Source of the DNA: an uncultured Bacteroides sp.
GTDB taxonomy: Bacteria > Bacteroidota > Bacteroidia > Bacteroidales > Bacteroidaceae
Length of the DNA stretch: 64,000 nt
Reading direction: 5' to 3'
Assembly: GCF_902472605.1 (NCBI RefSeq)
Contig: NZ_CABROP010000009.1
Coordinates: forward strand, 4,434-68,433
Each line of letters opens with the position of its first letter. Position 1 is the first letter of the stretch. The translations under genes were made by a program, and so were the position numbers. Shown here piece after piece: positions 29,065 to 39,006 of this stretch. The notes under the pieces are model-generated. The model was not told the DNA's origin. It saw only the letters and a list, made by a program, of their open reading frames with translations, and searched no databases.

Positions 29065-29754
29065 ATGTCGTGCATTTTACATATTGAAACGTCGACGGAA
29101 GTCTGCTCTGTGGCAGTGAGCCAGGACGGAGCTTCCATTTTCTCGAAAGAAGATTTTAACGGCCCCTCACATGCGACGGTGCTGGGTGTGTTTGTGGATG
29201 AAGCTTTGTCGTTTGCCGACAGTCATGCCATTCCGGTGGATGCGGTAGCGGTGAGCTGTGGCCCGGGTTCCTATACGGGACTGCGTATCGGGGTATCCAT
29301 GGCGAAGGGAATTTGCTACGGACGGAACATTCCGTTGATCGGGCTTCCTACGCTGGAGGTAATGTGTGTGCCGGTATTGCTGGCGCATGACCTGCCGGAA
29401 GATGCCTTGCTCTGCCCGATGATTGATGCCCGCCGGATGGAAGTGTATGCGGCGGTGTACAACCGTGCATTGAAGGTGCAGCGTGAAATCAGTGCGGACA
29501 TTGTGGACGAAAACTCGTATGCGGAGTTTTTGGAAAAACATCCGGTGTATTTCTTTGGCAACGGAGCGGACAAATGCAAGGAGAAACTGACGCATCCCAA
29601 TGCCCATTTCCTGGACAACGTGCATCCGTTGGCCAAATGGATGTTCCCGCTGGCCGAAAAAGCAATGGCTACGCAGGATTTCAAGGATGTGGCCTATTTC
29701 GAACCTTTCTATCTGAAGGAATTTGTAGCCTCCAAACCGAAGAAGCTGCTGTAA
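29065..29754 (+). CDS. tsaB: tRNA t6A biosynthesis protein TsaB
   Basis: ILHIETSTEVCSVA, AVSCGPGSYTGLRIG, IDARRMEVY, FEPFYLK; -7 element TAtaTTTG at 29027. Confidence 0.95.
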   Translation: MSCILHIETSTEVCSVAVSQDGASIFSKEDFNGPSHATVLGVFVDEALSFADSHAIPVDAVAVSCGPGSYTGLRIGVSMAKGICYGRNIPLIGLPTLEVMCVPVLLAHDLPEDALLCPMIDARRMEVYAAVYNRALKVQREISADIVDENSYAEFLEKHPVYFFGNGADKCKEKLTHPNAHFLDNVHPLAKWMFPLAEKAMATQDFKDVAYFEPFYLKEFVASKPKKLL

Positions 29755-29820
29755 GCCAAGGATTCGTAGGGCTGGATGCAGCGAAAAGTAGAAATTGAAT
29801 GATTGAATAATAAGTTTTAT

Positions 29821-30420
29821 ATGGAGTATAATACCCAGCAACGAAAATTACCGCTTCCGGAATATGGAAGAAGTGTGCAGAACATGGTGGACTATGCGTT
29901 GACCATCGAAGACCGTGCAGAGCGTCAGCGGTGTGCCAATACCATCGTGAACATTATGGGAGGGATGTTCCCCCAGTTGCGCGACGTGGAGGACTTCCGC
30001 CATAAGCTGTGGGACCATCTGGCCATCATGTCCGACTTTAAACTGGATATTGACTATCCGGTGGAGATTGTCAAGAAGGAAAGTCTGGAAGTGAAGCCGG
30101 ACCGGATTCCTTATTCGCCGAATGTCATCCGTTACCGTCATTATGGGCGGTTTATTCAGGATTTGATCAAGATTGCGGTGGATTATCCCGAAGGTGAGGA
30201 GAAAAACCAGTTGATCAAGTACATCGCCAACCACATGAAGAAGGACTACATCAACTTCAACAAGGATGGGGTGGAAGACCAGAAGATTCTGGATGATTTG
30301 TGCGAATTGTCCGACGGACGCATCAAGTTGTCGGCCGATGACTTACATTTGGTAGAACAGCGTTCTTTCGGTCCGCGTCGCCGTCAGATGAACAACAACC
30401 AGCAGAAGAAGAAATATTAA
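29821..30420 (+). CDS. DUF4290 family protein
   Basis: MEYNTQ..L.LPEYGR.VQNMVD, HKLWDHLAIMS, YRHYG; position upstream of murA is typical in Bacteroidetes. Confidence 0.85.
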   Translation: MEYNTQQRKLPLPEYGRSVQNMVDYALTIEDRAERQRCANTIVNIMGGMFPQLRDVEDFRHKLWDHLAIMSDFKLDIDYPVEIVKKESLEVKPDRIPYSPNVIRYRHYGRFIQDLIKIAVDYPEGEEKNQLIKYIANHMKKDYINFNKDGVEDQKILDDLCELSDGRIKLSADDLHLVEQRSFGPRRRQMNNNQQKKKY

Positions 30421-30436
30421 CTAAAAACCGGATACT

Positions 30437-31744
30437 ATGGCTTCATTTGTAATCGAAGGAGGACACAAGCTGCAGGGGGAGATTGTGCCTCAAGGTGCTA
30501 AAAACGAGGTGTTGCAGGTGCTTTGTGCCACTTTGCTGACCGACGAGGAAGTGACCATCTCGAACATTCCGAACATCCTGGATGTCAATAATCTGATTCA
30601 GTTGCTCCGGGATATGGGGGTAAAGGTGGCCAAGACGGGAAGTGACACGTTTTCTTTCCAGGCCGACAGCGTGAATTTGGCTTATCTGGAAAGTGACGAA
30701 TTTCTGGGCCGCTGCTCCAAACTGCGGGGGTCTGTCATGCTGGTGGGACCGCTGATTTCCCGTTTCGGCAAGGCCATGATTTCCAAACCGGGAGGTGACA
30801 AGATTGGCCGCCGTCGGTTGGACACGCATTTCCTGGGTATCCAGAAATTAGGGGCTTCGTTCGATTATGATGCCGTAAAAGGACGGTTCTGCATTACCGC
30901 CGACAAGCTGAAAGGTACGTACATGTTGCTGGATGAGGCTTCTGTGACGGGTACGGCCAACATTATCATGGCGGCAGTACTGGCTGAAGGAGTGACTACC
31001 ATCTACAATGCAGCCTGTGAGCCTTATGTGCAGCAGCTGTGCCGGATGTTGAACCGGATGGGGGCCAAGATTTCGGGCATCGCTTCCAACTTGCTGACCA
31101 TCGAAGGAGTGAAGAGCCTGAAAGGTTGCACGCATACGGTATTGCCGGACATGATTGAGGTGGGAAGTTTCATCGGTATGGCGGCTATGACGGCCAGTGA
31201 AATTACCATCAAGAATGTGTCGTATGAGAACTTGGGTATTATTCCCGACAGCTTCCGTCGGTTGGGTATTCACCTGGAACAACGGGGCGACGACATTTAT
31301 ATACCGGCCCAGGAGCACTATCAGATTGATTCCTTCCTGGACGGTTCTATTATGACGATTGCCGACGCACCGTGGCCGGGACTGACTCCCGACTTGCTGA
31401 GTGTGATGCTGGTGGTGGCTACGCAGGCCAAGGGGAGTGTGCTGATTCATCAGAAGATGTTTGAAAGCCGTTTGTTCTTCGTGGACAAGCTGATTGACAT
31501 GGGAGCGCAGATCATCTTGTGCGACCCGCACCGGGCCGTAGTCATCGGGCACGACCGTAACTTCTGTCTGCGGGGAGGCAACATGACTTCTCCGGATATC
31601 CGTGCCGGTATTGCCTTGCTGATAGCCGCACTGGGTGCGAAAGGCATCAGTCACATTCACAACATTGAGCAGATTGACCGGGGGTACCAGCATATCGAAC
31701 AGCGACTGAGTGCGCTGGGAGCACGTATCACCCGTATAGAATAA
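30437..31744 (+). CDS. murA: UDP-N-acetylglucosamine 1-carboxyvinyltransferase
   Basis: GAKN, PGGDKIGRRRLDTH (Asp at the Cys115-equivalent position), ASVTGTAN, PDIRAG, IDRGY. Confidence 0.97.
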   Translation: MASFVIEGGHKLQGEIVPQGAKNEVLQVLCATLLTDEEVTISNIPNILDVNNLIQLLRDMGVKVAKTGSDTFSFQADSVNLAYLESDEFLGRCSKLRGSVMLVGPLISRFGKAMISKPGGDKIGRRRLDTHFLGIQKLGASFDYDAVKGRFCITADKLKGTYMLLDEASVTGTANIIMAAVLAEGVTTIYNAACEPYVQQLCRMLNRMGAKISGIASNLLTIEGVKSLKGCTHTVLPDMIEVGSFIGMAAMTASEITIKNVSYENLGIIPDSFRRLGIHLEQRGDDIYIPAQEHYQIDSFLDGSIMTIADAPWPGLTPDLLSVMLVVATQAKGSVLIHQKMFESRLFFVDKLIDMGAQIILCDPHRAVVIGHDRNFCLRGGNMTSPDIRAGIALLIAALGAKGISHIHNIEQIDRGYQHIEQRLSALGARITRIE

Positions 31745-31747
31745 GGT

Positions 31748-32260
31748 ATGATCAGAAAAGAAGAAGTTTTTAAGATCGGAATCATCAACAAGCCGCATGG
31801 GGTGAAAGGTGAAGTCTCGTTTACGTTTACCGACGACATCTTCGACCGTGTGGATTGTGACTACTTGATTTTGTTGTTGGACGGAATCCTGGTTCCGTTC
31901 TTCATCGAGGAGTATCGTTTCCGCTCCGATAACGTGGCCCTGGTGAAATTTGAGGGCGTGGATACAGCGGAAAAGGCCCGTAGCTTTACCAATGTGGAAG
32001 TGTATTTTCCGGTAAAGTATATGGACGAGCAGGAGGAAATCACGTCGTGGAATTTCTTCGTCGGCTTCAAGGTGCACGATGTGCATCACGGCGATTTGGG
32101 CGAAGTGGTGGATGTGGACGATACGACGATGAATGTGCTGTTCGTCATCGAGAAGGAAGGGGAGGAACTGCTTCTTCCGGCGCATGAGGAATTTATTCTG
32201 GATATAGACAGGGTACAGAAAGTGATGACCGTGGATATTCCCGACGGATTGTTGGACTAA
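31748..32260 (+). CDS. rimM: Ribosome maturation factor
   Basis: [32 protein letters not shown]. Confidence 0.93.
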   Translation: MIRKEEVFKIGIINKPHGVKGEVSFTFTDDIFDRVDCDYLILLLDGILVPFFIEEYRFRSDNVALVKFEGVDTAEKARSFTNVEVYFPVKYMDEQEEITSWNFFVGFKVHDVHHGDLGEVVDVDDTTMNVLFVIEKEGEELLLPAHEEFILDIDRVQKVMTVDIPDGLLD

Positions 32261-32276
32261 CTAACACAGTGAGAGT

Positions 32277-33131
32277 ATGAGAAAGAAAGGTCGTAAGGCA
32301 TTTTGGAAGAACATCAAGTTTAAGTATAAACTGACGATTATCAACGAAAACACCTTGGAGGAGGTGGTGGGTATCCATGTGTCGAAACTGAACGGCTTTT
32401 CTGTATTGCTGGCGGCCTGTACGGTAATTTTCCTGCTGGCAGCTATTATCCTTGTGTTTACCCCTTTGCGGAACTACCTGCCGGGATACATGAACAGTGA
32501 GGTTCGTTCGCAGGTCGTGACCAATGCCTTGAAGGCAGATTCGCTGGTGGAGGCGCTCGACCGTCAGAACCGGTACATCATGAACATACAGGATATCTTC
32601 AGTGGAAAAGTCAGTGTGGATACGGTACAGTCTATCGACTCGCTGACTACCATCCGCACGAATGAGCTGATGAACCGTTCGAAGGAGGAAGATGATTTCC
32701 GTCGGAAATACGAGGCGCGGCAGAAAGCTGAATCGGCTGCCGAAGAAGATCATAAGTTGCCCGATTTGTTGTTCTTCCGTCCCACAAAGGGCATCGTGAT
32801 GAAGGATTTTGCACCGTCGCGCCGGCATTACGGTGTGGATATGGCGGCTGCGATGGATGAAAGCATCGTGGCGGCTATGGACGGCAAGGTGATGACGGTG
32901 GTGCAGACGGCCGACAAAGGTTTCCTGATTCAGATTCAGCATGAGCAGAATTTTATTTCCATTTATAAGCATTGCGGCACTCCGAGGAAGAAGGAAGGCG
33001 ACCGCGTAAAAGGAGGAGAAGTTATCGCATTGGCCGGAACGGAGGATGAAGGCAAACATGTGTCATACGTGCATTTTGAACTGTGGCACGAGGGGACTCC
33101 GATTGATCCGGCGAAATATGTTGTATTTTAA
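32277..33131 (+). CDS. M23 family peptidase-like protein
   Basis: TM helix, then HYGVD, YKHC, GDRVKGGEVIA, VHFELW..G.PIDP. Confidence 0.88.
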   Translation: MRKKGRKAFWKNIKFKYKLTIINENTLEEVVGIHVSKLNGFSVLLAACTVIFLLAAIILVFTPLRNYLPGYMNSEVRSQVVTNALKADSLVEALDRQNRYIMNIQDIFSGKVSVDTVQSIDSLTTIRTNELMNRSKEEDDFRRKYEARQKAESAAEEDHKLPDLLFFRPTKGIVMKDFAPSRRHYGVDMAAAMDESIVAAMDGKVMTVVQTADKGFLIQIQHEQNFISIYKHCGTPRKKEGDRVKGGEVIALAGTEDEGKHVSYVHFELWHEGTPIDPAKYVVF

Positions 33132-33135
33132 AGTT

Positions 33136-34293
33136 ATGAAAAAACAGATTGCCATATTAGGTTCTACCGGGTCCATCGGAACGCAGGCTCTTCAGGTCAT
33201 TGGGGAGCATCCGGATTTGTATGAGGTGTATGCACTTACAGCCAACAACAAGGTGGAATTGCTGGCTGAACAGGCACGCAAGTTCCATCCGGAAGTGGTG
33301 GTTATTGCGAATGAGGATAAGTATGCGGCGTTGAAGGAAGCATTGGCTGACGAGCCGGTGAAGGTGTATGCCGGAGCCGAGGCGTTGTGTCAGGTGGTCG
33401 AGTCGCAGCCTATCGACATCGTCTTGACGGCCATGGTGGGATATGCGGGATTGAAACCGACCATCAATGCCATCAAGGCTGGAAAAACGATTGCGTTGGC
33501 CAACAAGGAAACGTTGGTGGTTGCCGGCGAACTGATTACCGGGTTGGCGCAGCAATATAAGACGCCGATTTTGCCGGTGGATTCTGAACATTCGGCCATT
33601 TTCCAGTGTTTGGAAATTAACAATCCCGTACACAAGGTGATTCTGACGGCTTCGGGAGGTCCGTTCCGTACGTTTACCATGGAACAGTTGCAGACGGTGA
33701 CCAAGGAGCAGGCCCTGAAGCATCCCAACTGGTCGATGGGCGCGAAAATCACGATTGATTCTGCGTCGATGATGAACAAAGGCTTTGAGGTGATTGAAGC
33801 CAAATGGTTGTTTGGAGTGACTCCTGTACAGATTGAGGTGGTGGTACATCCGCAGTCGGTGATTCATTCCATGGTGGAATTTGAAGACGGGGCAGTAAAA
33901 GCCCAGCTGGGGGTACCCGATATGCGTCTGCCCATCCAGTATGCGTTTTCGTATCCGAAGCGGGAGCATCTTTCGGGCGAACGGCTGGATTTCGCCAAAT
34001 ACAATACGTTGACTTTCGAAAAGCCGGACACGCAGCGTTTCCGTAACCTGGCATTGGCCTACGAAGCCTTACACCAGGGAGGAAACATGCCTTGCATCGT
34101 GAATGCGGCCAATGAGGTGGTGGTGGCGGCCTTCTTGAAAGACCAGATTTCATTCTTGGGAATGAGTGACGTGATTGAAAAGGCGATGACCCGCGTACCT
34201 TTCATCCAGACACCTACCTATGGTGATTATGTAGCCACGGATGCAGAGACCCGTCGTATTGCGGCAGAACTGGTGATTAACGGAATGAAATAA
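33136..34293 (+). CDS. dxr: 1-deoxy-D-xylulose-5-phosphate reductoisomerase
   Basis: ILGSTGSIGTQ, ALANKETLV, PVDSEHSAIFQ, TASGGPF, HPNWSMG.KITIDSA, NAANE. Confidence 0.98.
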   Translation: MKKQIAILGSTGSIGTQALQVIGEHPDLYEVYALTANNKVELLAEQARKFHPEVVVIANEDKYAALKEALADEPVKVYAGAEALCQVVESQPIDIVLTAMVGYAGLKPTINAIKAGKTIALANKETLVVAGELITGLAQQYKTPILPVDSEHSAIFQCLEINNPVHKVILTASGGPFRTFTMEQLQTVTKEQALKHPNWSMGAKITIDSASMMNKGFEVIEAKWLFGVTPVQIEVVVHPQSVIHSMVEFEDGAVKAQLGVPDMRLPIQYAFSYPKREHLSGERLDFAKYNTLTFEKPDTQRFRNLALAYEALHQGGNMPCIVNAANEVVVAAFLKDQISFLGMSDVIEKAMTRVPFIQTPTYGDYVATDAETRRIAAELVINGMK

Positions 34294-34333
34294 GAAGTGT
34301 AATCATATAAATAAAGAAAGAAGTTAAGTAGAA

Positions 34334-35674
34334 ATGGAAACATTTTTGATTCGTGCCCTTCAGTTGATTCTCAGCTTGTCGTTGCTGGTGATTATTCATG
34401 AGGGGGGACATTTTTTCTTCGCCCGTCTGTTCAAGATTCGGGTGGAGAAGTTTTATATATTCTTTGACCCTTGGTTCTCGCTGTTCAAATACAAACCGAA
34501 GAACAGTGACACGGAATATGGAGTAGGATGGCTGCCGTTAGGCGGATATTGCAAGATTTCGGGAATGATTGACGAGTCGATGGATACCGAACAGATGAAA
34601 CAGCCTGCCCAGCCGTGGGAATTCCGTTCCAAACCGGCCTGGCAGCGTCTGCTGGTCATGATTGGAGGGGTCTTGATGAACTTCCTGCTGGCTTTGTTCA
34701 TCTATTCCATGATTCTCTTCACTTGGGGCGACCGTTATACGGCGTTGAGTGACATGACCATGGGTATGAAGTTCAACGAGCATGCACAGGAAATCGGATT
34801 CCGCGACGGGGATATCCTGAAGAGTGCCGACGGCAAGGAACTGACCCGTTTCAACATGGACATGATTCGCAGTATCGTGGAGGCCCGTGAGGTCACCGTA
34901 TTGCGGGAGGGACAGGAAAAGAAGATTCTGTTGCCGGAATTGAGCTTGCTGGATGTAGCGAAGGAGGACCCGATGTTCGTGGACGTGTTCTATCCGAATG
35001 TGGTCGATTCAGTATTGGCGGGCGGAGGTTTCGCCAAGGCGGGGGTGCAGAAAGGAGACTCCTTGCTGGCATTCGACGGGAAACCGATGACTTCCTGGAA
35101 CGAGTTCCTGGATAATATGGCGGCTTTGAAGGCCAAAGCTGAACTGGATAAAAAGACATCGGGTGAGTTTACACTGGTGTATTCGCGTGCGGGAGTACGG
35201 GATACGGTCCAGGTCACGACAGACGACCAGTTTAAGGTAGCGGCCATAGGAGGTATGGTGGACTACAAGCAGCGAACACTGACCTACGGTTTCTTTGAAT
35301 CTTTCCCGGCTGGAATTGCCTTAGGAGTGAATACTCTGAAGGGGTATGTGAACGACATGAAATATGTGTTCACGAAAGAAGGCGCCAAGAGTGTGGGAGG
35401 TTTTGCTACCATTGGTAGTATCTTCCCCAAAGTATGGGACTGGCAGCGTTTTTGGGAAATGACGGCCTTCTTGTCTATCATCCTGGCCTTCATGAACATT
35501 CTGCCGATACCGGCACTCGACGGTGGTCATGTCTTGTTCCTGTTGTACGAGATTATTGCCCGTCGGAAGCCGAGCGACAAGTTTTTGGAGTATGCGCAGA
35601 TGGTGGGAATGGTCCTGCTGTTCGGCTTGCTCATCTGGGCGAACTTCAACGATGTGTTGAGGTTCTTGTTTTAG
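34334..35674 (+). CDS. rseP: RIP metalloprotease
   Basis: HEGGH, LPLGGY, PDZ region, NILPIPALDGGH. Confidence 0.95.
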   Translation: METFLIRALQLILSLSLLVIIHEGGHFFFARLFKIRVEKFYIFFDPWFSLFKYKPKNSDTEYGVGWLPLGGYCKISGMIDESMDTEQMKQPAQPWEFRSKPAWQRLLVMIGGVLMNFLLALFIYSMILFTWGDRYTALSDMTMGMKFNEHAQEIGFRDGDILKSADGKELTRFNMDMIRSIVEAREVTVLREGQEKKILLPELSLLDVAKEDPMFVDVFYPNVVDSVLAGGGFAKAGVQKGDSLLAFDGKPMTSWNEFLDNMAALKAKAELDKKTSGEFTLVYSRAGVRDTVQVTTDDQFKVAAIGGMVDYKQRTLTYGFFESFPAGIALGVNTLKGYVNDMKYVFTKEGAKSVGGFATIGSIFPKVWDWQRFWEMTAFLSIILAFMNILPIPALDGGHVLFLLYEIIARRKPSDKFLEYAQMVGMVLLFGLLIWANFNDVLRFLF

Positions 35675-35693
35675 CGAAACTATCAAATGAAAT

Positions 35694-35743
35694 AAAGACA
35701 CAAGGACACAGAGAAGTGTTTCTCTGTACTTTGTGTCTTTTTT
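35694..35743 (+). terminator. Intrinsic terminator after rseP
   Basis: aaagacacaaggacacagagaa pairs with ttctctgtactttgtgtcttt; T-run follows. Confidence 0.75.
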
Positions 35744-35771
35744 GTATAATCCATCTAATTGAATAAAAGGA

Positions 35772-38168
35772 ATGAGGAAGAAAATCCTATTGGCCGCTAT
35801 CTTGTGTGGCGGTTTTTGCCTGACGGCAATTTCTGGAGGGGACGCGGAAGAGCGTTTGCCCGGTTATCTGCAGGCGGAGAAGTTTACCAAGAGTAAACTC
35901 GACAAGATGTTGTTTTCGACCATGGTCGACCCGCACTGGTTCCAGCAGGGAACGAACTTTTGGTTTGAGTATAAGACCAGCGAAGGAAAGTTCTGGTATG
36001 TAGTCAATCCTACCGCCAAACGCAAGGACTTGTTGTTCGACCGGGACCGTCTGGCTTCGCAATTGACGGAGATTGTGCAGGACCCGTTTGAGGCACATCA
36101 GTTGCCTATTGCCGATTTGAAGGCGGGAGAAGACGGACGTACCTTTACGTTCAAGGTGGTGTCAAAAGCTGACTCTACGTTCTATTTCTCGTACGACTAT
36201 CCCACTCAGAAGCTGACATACCTGAAGGACAAGAAGAAAGAACCGGAGGAAGTGGACTGGGCGTCCGTTTCGCCGGACGGACAGCGGGTGATTTATGCCA
36301 AGGATTGTGATTTGTATTACATGAGCATTGACGATTACCAGAAGGCTCGGAAGAACGAGAAAGACAGTACCATTGTGGAGGTGCGTCTGACAACCGATGG
36401 AACACCGGATTTCGGGTATGGCATTCCTTACAGTACGCTGAATACGGACACGTTGTGTAATGGCAAGCGTCGGGGCGCATGGGGATACTGGTCACCCGAC
36501 TCCAAGTATTTTGCGACTATCATTGCAGATCAGCGGAATGTGAAACCGTTGTGGGTGATCAATTCTATAGCGGAACCGCGTCCTACTTTGGAGACCTATA
36601 AGTATGAGATGCCGGGAGAGACCGGTATGCCGGAATATCATTTGTATTTGTTCGATGTGCAGGCAGGTACGCGGAAAGAAATCCGTACGGCAGCCTGGAA
36701 AAACCAGTCAATTGACCTGGAGGGAAAACCGCTGGAACAGAAACAGCGTGACAAGGAATTGGTTCCGCGTATTTGGCAGGGCGATAACCAGCGTTTCTTC
36801 CTGACCCGCAGTAGCCGTGACTTACACCGCATTGATGTATGTACCTATACTTTGGGAGAAGATTCCATTGTGCCGGTGGTTAAGGAACGGATGAATACTT
36901 ATCAGGAAACCCGTCCTATCCATGTGTTGAACGGAGGAAAAGAGTTTATCCAGTGGAGTGAGCGCGACGGCTGGGCTCACCTTTATTTATACGATGACAA
37001 GGGAAATCTGAAGAACCGTATCACGGAAGGCCCTTGGCACGTAGAGCGTGTGGTGAAAGTGGATGAGGCTACCCGCACCGTCTATTTTGTAGCCAACGGA
37101 CGTGAGAAAGGCGAGAATCCGTATTACGAACATTTCTATAAGGTCAATGTGAACGGCAGCGGATTGAAACAGCTGACTCACGGAGAATTCTTCCATGCCG
37201 TAGAGATGGACGATGAGGCCCGTTTCTTCGTAGACAATTATTCACGGGCCAACACCATTCCTTGTGCGGAATTGCTGGATCGTAACGGCAACAAGGTGAT
37301 GACCATACAGGAAAGTGATTTCTCTTCTTTGAAAGCAGCCGGTTACCAGTTCCCGGAACCGTTTAAGGTAAAGGCAGCCGATGGAGTGACCGATTTGTAT
37401 GGCGTGATGTACAAGCCGTTTGATTTCGATTCTACCAAGGTTTATCCGATTATTGACTATGTCTATCCGGGTCCGCAGGTCGAAGCCGTGGATTATCCGT
37501 TCCGTCGGATGAGTGTACGTACCGACCGCTTGGCTCAGGCCGGATTTATCGTGATAACCGTGGGGCAGCGTGGTGGTCACCCTAGCCGTTCCAAATGGTA
37601 TCACAACTACGGTTACGGGAACATGCGTGATTATCCGCTGGCTGACCATAAGGCAGCTGTGGAGCAGCTGGCAGCGCGTTATCCTTTCATTGATATTACG
37701 CGGGTAGGTATCCACGGACATTCCGGAGGAGGATTCATGTCGACTGCGGCCATCTGTCAATATCCGGATTTCTACAAGGCTGCCGTATCATGTGCAGGTA
37801 ATCATGATAACCGTATCTACAACCGCTGGTGGAGCGAGACTCATCACGGCGTGAAGGAAGAAATCTCAGAGAAGGGAGATACGACTTTTGCGTATAAGAT
37901 TGCTACCAATCCGCAAATCGTGAAGCAGTTGAAGGGACACCTGATGCTGGTACACGGAGACATTGACAACAACGTGCATCCGGGAAACACCATTCGCGTA
38001 GTCAATGCTCTGATTCGGGCCAACAAGCGTTTCGAGATGTTGATTCTGCCGGGACAGCGCCACGGTTTCGGCGACATGGATGAATATTTCTACTGGCGTA
38101 TGGTGGATTTCTTCTCAAAATACCTGAAAGGAAAGCAGGAGGATTTGGTGGATATTCCCCAGCGATAA
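35772..38168 (+). CDS. S9 family (DPP IV-like) peptidase
   Basis: Signal peptide, WSPDS, VYPGPQ, nucleophile GHSGGG, HGDIDNNVH, QRHGF. Confidence 0.93.
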   Translation: MRKKILLAAILCGGFCLTAISGGDAEERLPGYLQAEKFTKSKLDKMLFSTMVDPHWFQQGTNFWFEYKTSEGKFWYVVNPTAKRKDLLFDRDRLASQLTEIVQDPFEAHQLPIADLKAGEDGRTFTFKVVSKADSTFYFSYDYPTQKLTYLKDKKKEPEEVDWASVSPDGQRVIYAKDCDLYYMSIDDYQKARKNEKDSTIVEVRLTTDGTPDFGYGIPYSTLNTDTLCNGKRRGAWGYWSPDSKYFATIIADQRNVKPLWVINSIAEPRPTLETYKYEMPGETGMPEYHLYLFDVQAGTRKEIRTAAWKNQSIDLEGKPLEQKQRDKELVPRIWQGDNQRFFLTRSSRDLHRIDVCTYTLGEDSIVPVVKERMNTYQETRPIHVLNGGKEFIQWSERDGWAHLYLYDDKGNLKNRITEGPWHVERVVKVDEATRTVYFVANGREKGENPYYEHFYKVNVNGSGLKQLTHGEFFHAVEMDDEARFFVDNYSRANTIPCAELLDRNGNKVMTIQESDFSSLKAAGYQFPEPFKVKAADGVTDLYGVMYKPFDFDSTKVYPIIDYVYPGPQVEAVDYPFRRMSVRTDRLAQAGFIVITVGQRGGHPSRSKWYHNYGYGNMRDYPLADHKAAVEQLAARYPFIDITRVGIHGHSGGGFMSTAAICQYPDFYKAAVSCAGNHDNRIYNRWWSETHHGVKEEISEKGDTTFAYKIATNPQIVKQLKGHLMLVHGDIDNNVHPGNTIRVVNALIRANKRFEMLILPGQRHGFGDMDEYFYWRMVDFFSKYLKGKQEDLVDIPQR

Positions 38169-38194
38169 TTCTTCATTATGTGAGATAACTTTAT

Positions 38195-38233
38195 ACAGCG
38201 GGAGGGCTCTGGCAGTCATTCCGCTGTTTTTTT
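38195..38233 (+). terminator. Intrinsic terminator after the S9 peptidase
   Basis: acagcgg...ccgctgt stem followed by a T-run. Confidence 0.7.
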
Positions 38234-38432
38234 GTGGATACTTTCTTATTTGTGTGAATGGAGCAAAGAGTAAGGCCTTCTTTTTGTTCGGGCTTGCTGA
38301 AATTTATGCATAATCAACGAATCCCTCAGGTTTTTACGTTGAATCATGAAAATCGGGAGTGTAGGGCGAAGCGTTGTGGCTATGAGGGATGGAAGCGAAT
38401 GTTTATTCTTCCGATAGCTGACGTATAGATAC

Positions 38433-38744
38433 AAAAAAAGCGAGAGCTCATCAGAACCTCCGCTGCCTTCCTAAAGAACCCCCATTTAAGGGTTCTTTTC
38501 ATCTTCTTAATTTTTGTGTCCTGTTATCCTTTCTACCTTTTCTTTTTACCAGAAGATATTCCAATACCTTCTCAAACCTAATTCCTGAAAACTTTTACCT
38601 TTAAAATCTAATACCTTGATACTTAATAAATAATCTAATACCTTAATAGTCTAGCTAATACCTTAAATGAATTGCTTTTTACCTTTCGTTTCTCTAATAC
38701 CTTAGTAATTTCTTTTTCTTTTTACCTATTGGTTTCACAACCAC
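38433..38744 (-). ncRNA. Candidate ~310-nt sRNA with repeated AGGUA motifs
   Basis: -7 promoter TAccTTTG (38756-38749), 5' hairpin UGGUU-GUGA-AACCA, nine AGGUA motifs, perfect 9-bp hairpin at 38473-38498, terminator plus U7, no credible ORF. Confidence 0.65.
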
Positions 38745-38937
38745 ACTGCAAAGGTAAATCTTTTTTCATTGACTGCAAGAAGTAGTATCTTGTTTTTTTA
38801 CTAAATAGTTGTTTTCATGATATAAATCAAGAGTTGTTCTATTTGGGTCTTTGTGTGCGGAAACGAAACCCCGTGTGCGAAAACGGTGAATTTTGTGTAC
38901 GATAACGGGCCTAAAATAGGTGGAAAATGACAGAATG

Positions 38938-38984
38938 AATGCCGTACTTTTAGTTACGAATTTATGAACTAAAAGTACGGCATT
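38938..38984 (-). terminator. 18-bp perfect inverted repeat downstream of nrdG
   Basis: aatgccgtacttttagtt ... aactaaaagtacggcatt. Confidence 0.7.
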
Positions 38985-39006
38985 TGTCAAAAACGTAGGT
39001 AATCCA

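Noticed and set aside
30437..31744. MurA Cys-to-Asp substitution as acquired fosfomycin resistance
   Set aside because: The Asp variant is, to my knowledge, the normal intrinsic state in Bacteroidales, and the gene is in its core operon.
30848..32185. 445-aa antisense ORF
   Set aside because: Shadow of murA/rimM caused by codon bias.
38500..38730. ctaatacctt repeats as a CRISPR or iteron array
   Set aside because: Repeats are 10 bp or shorter and irregularly spaced (16-43 bp), and no rep or cas gene is present; the flanking promoter and terminator fit a transcript better.
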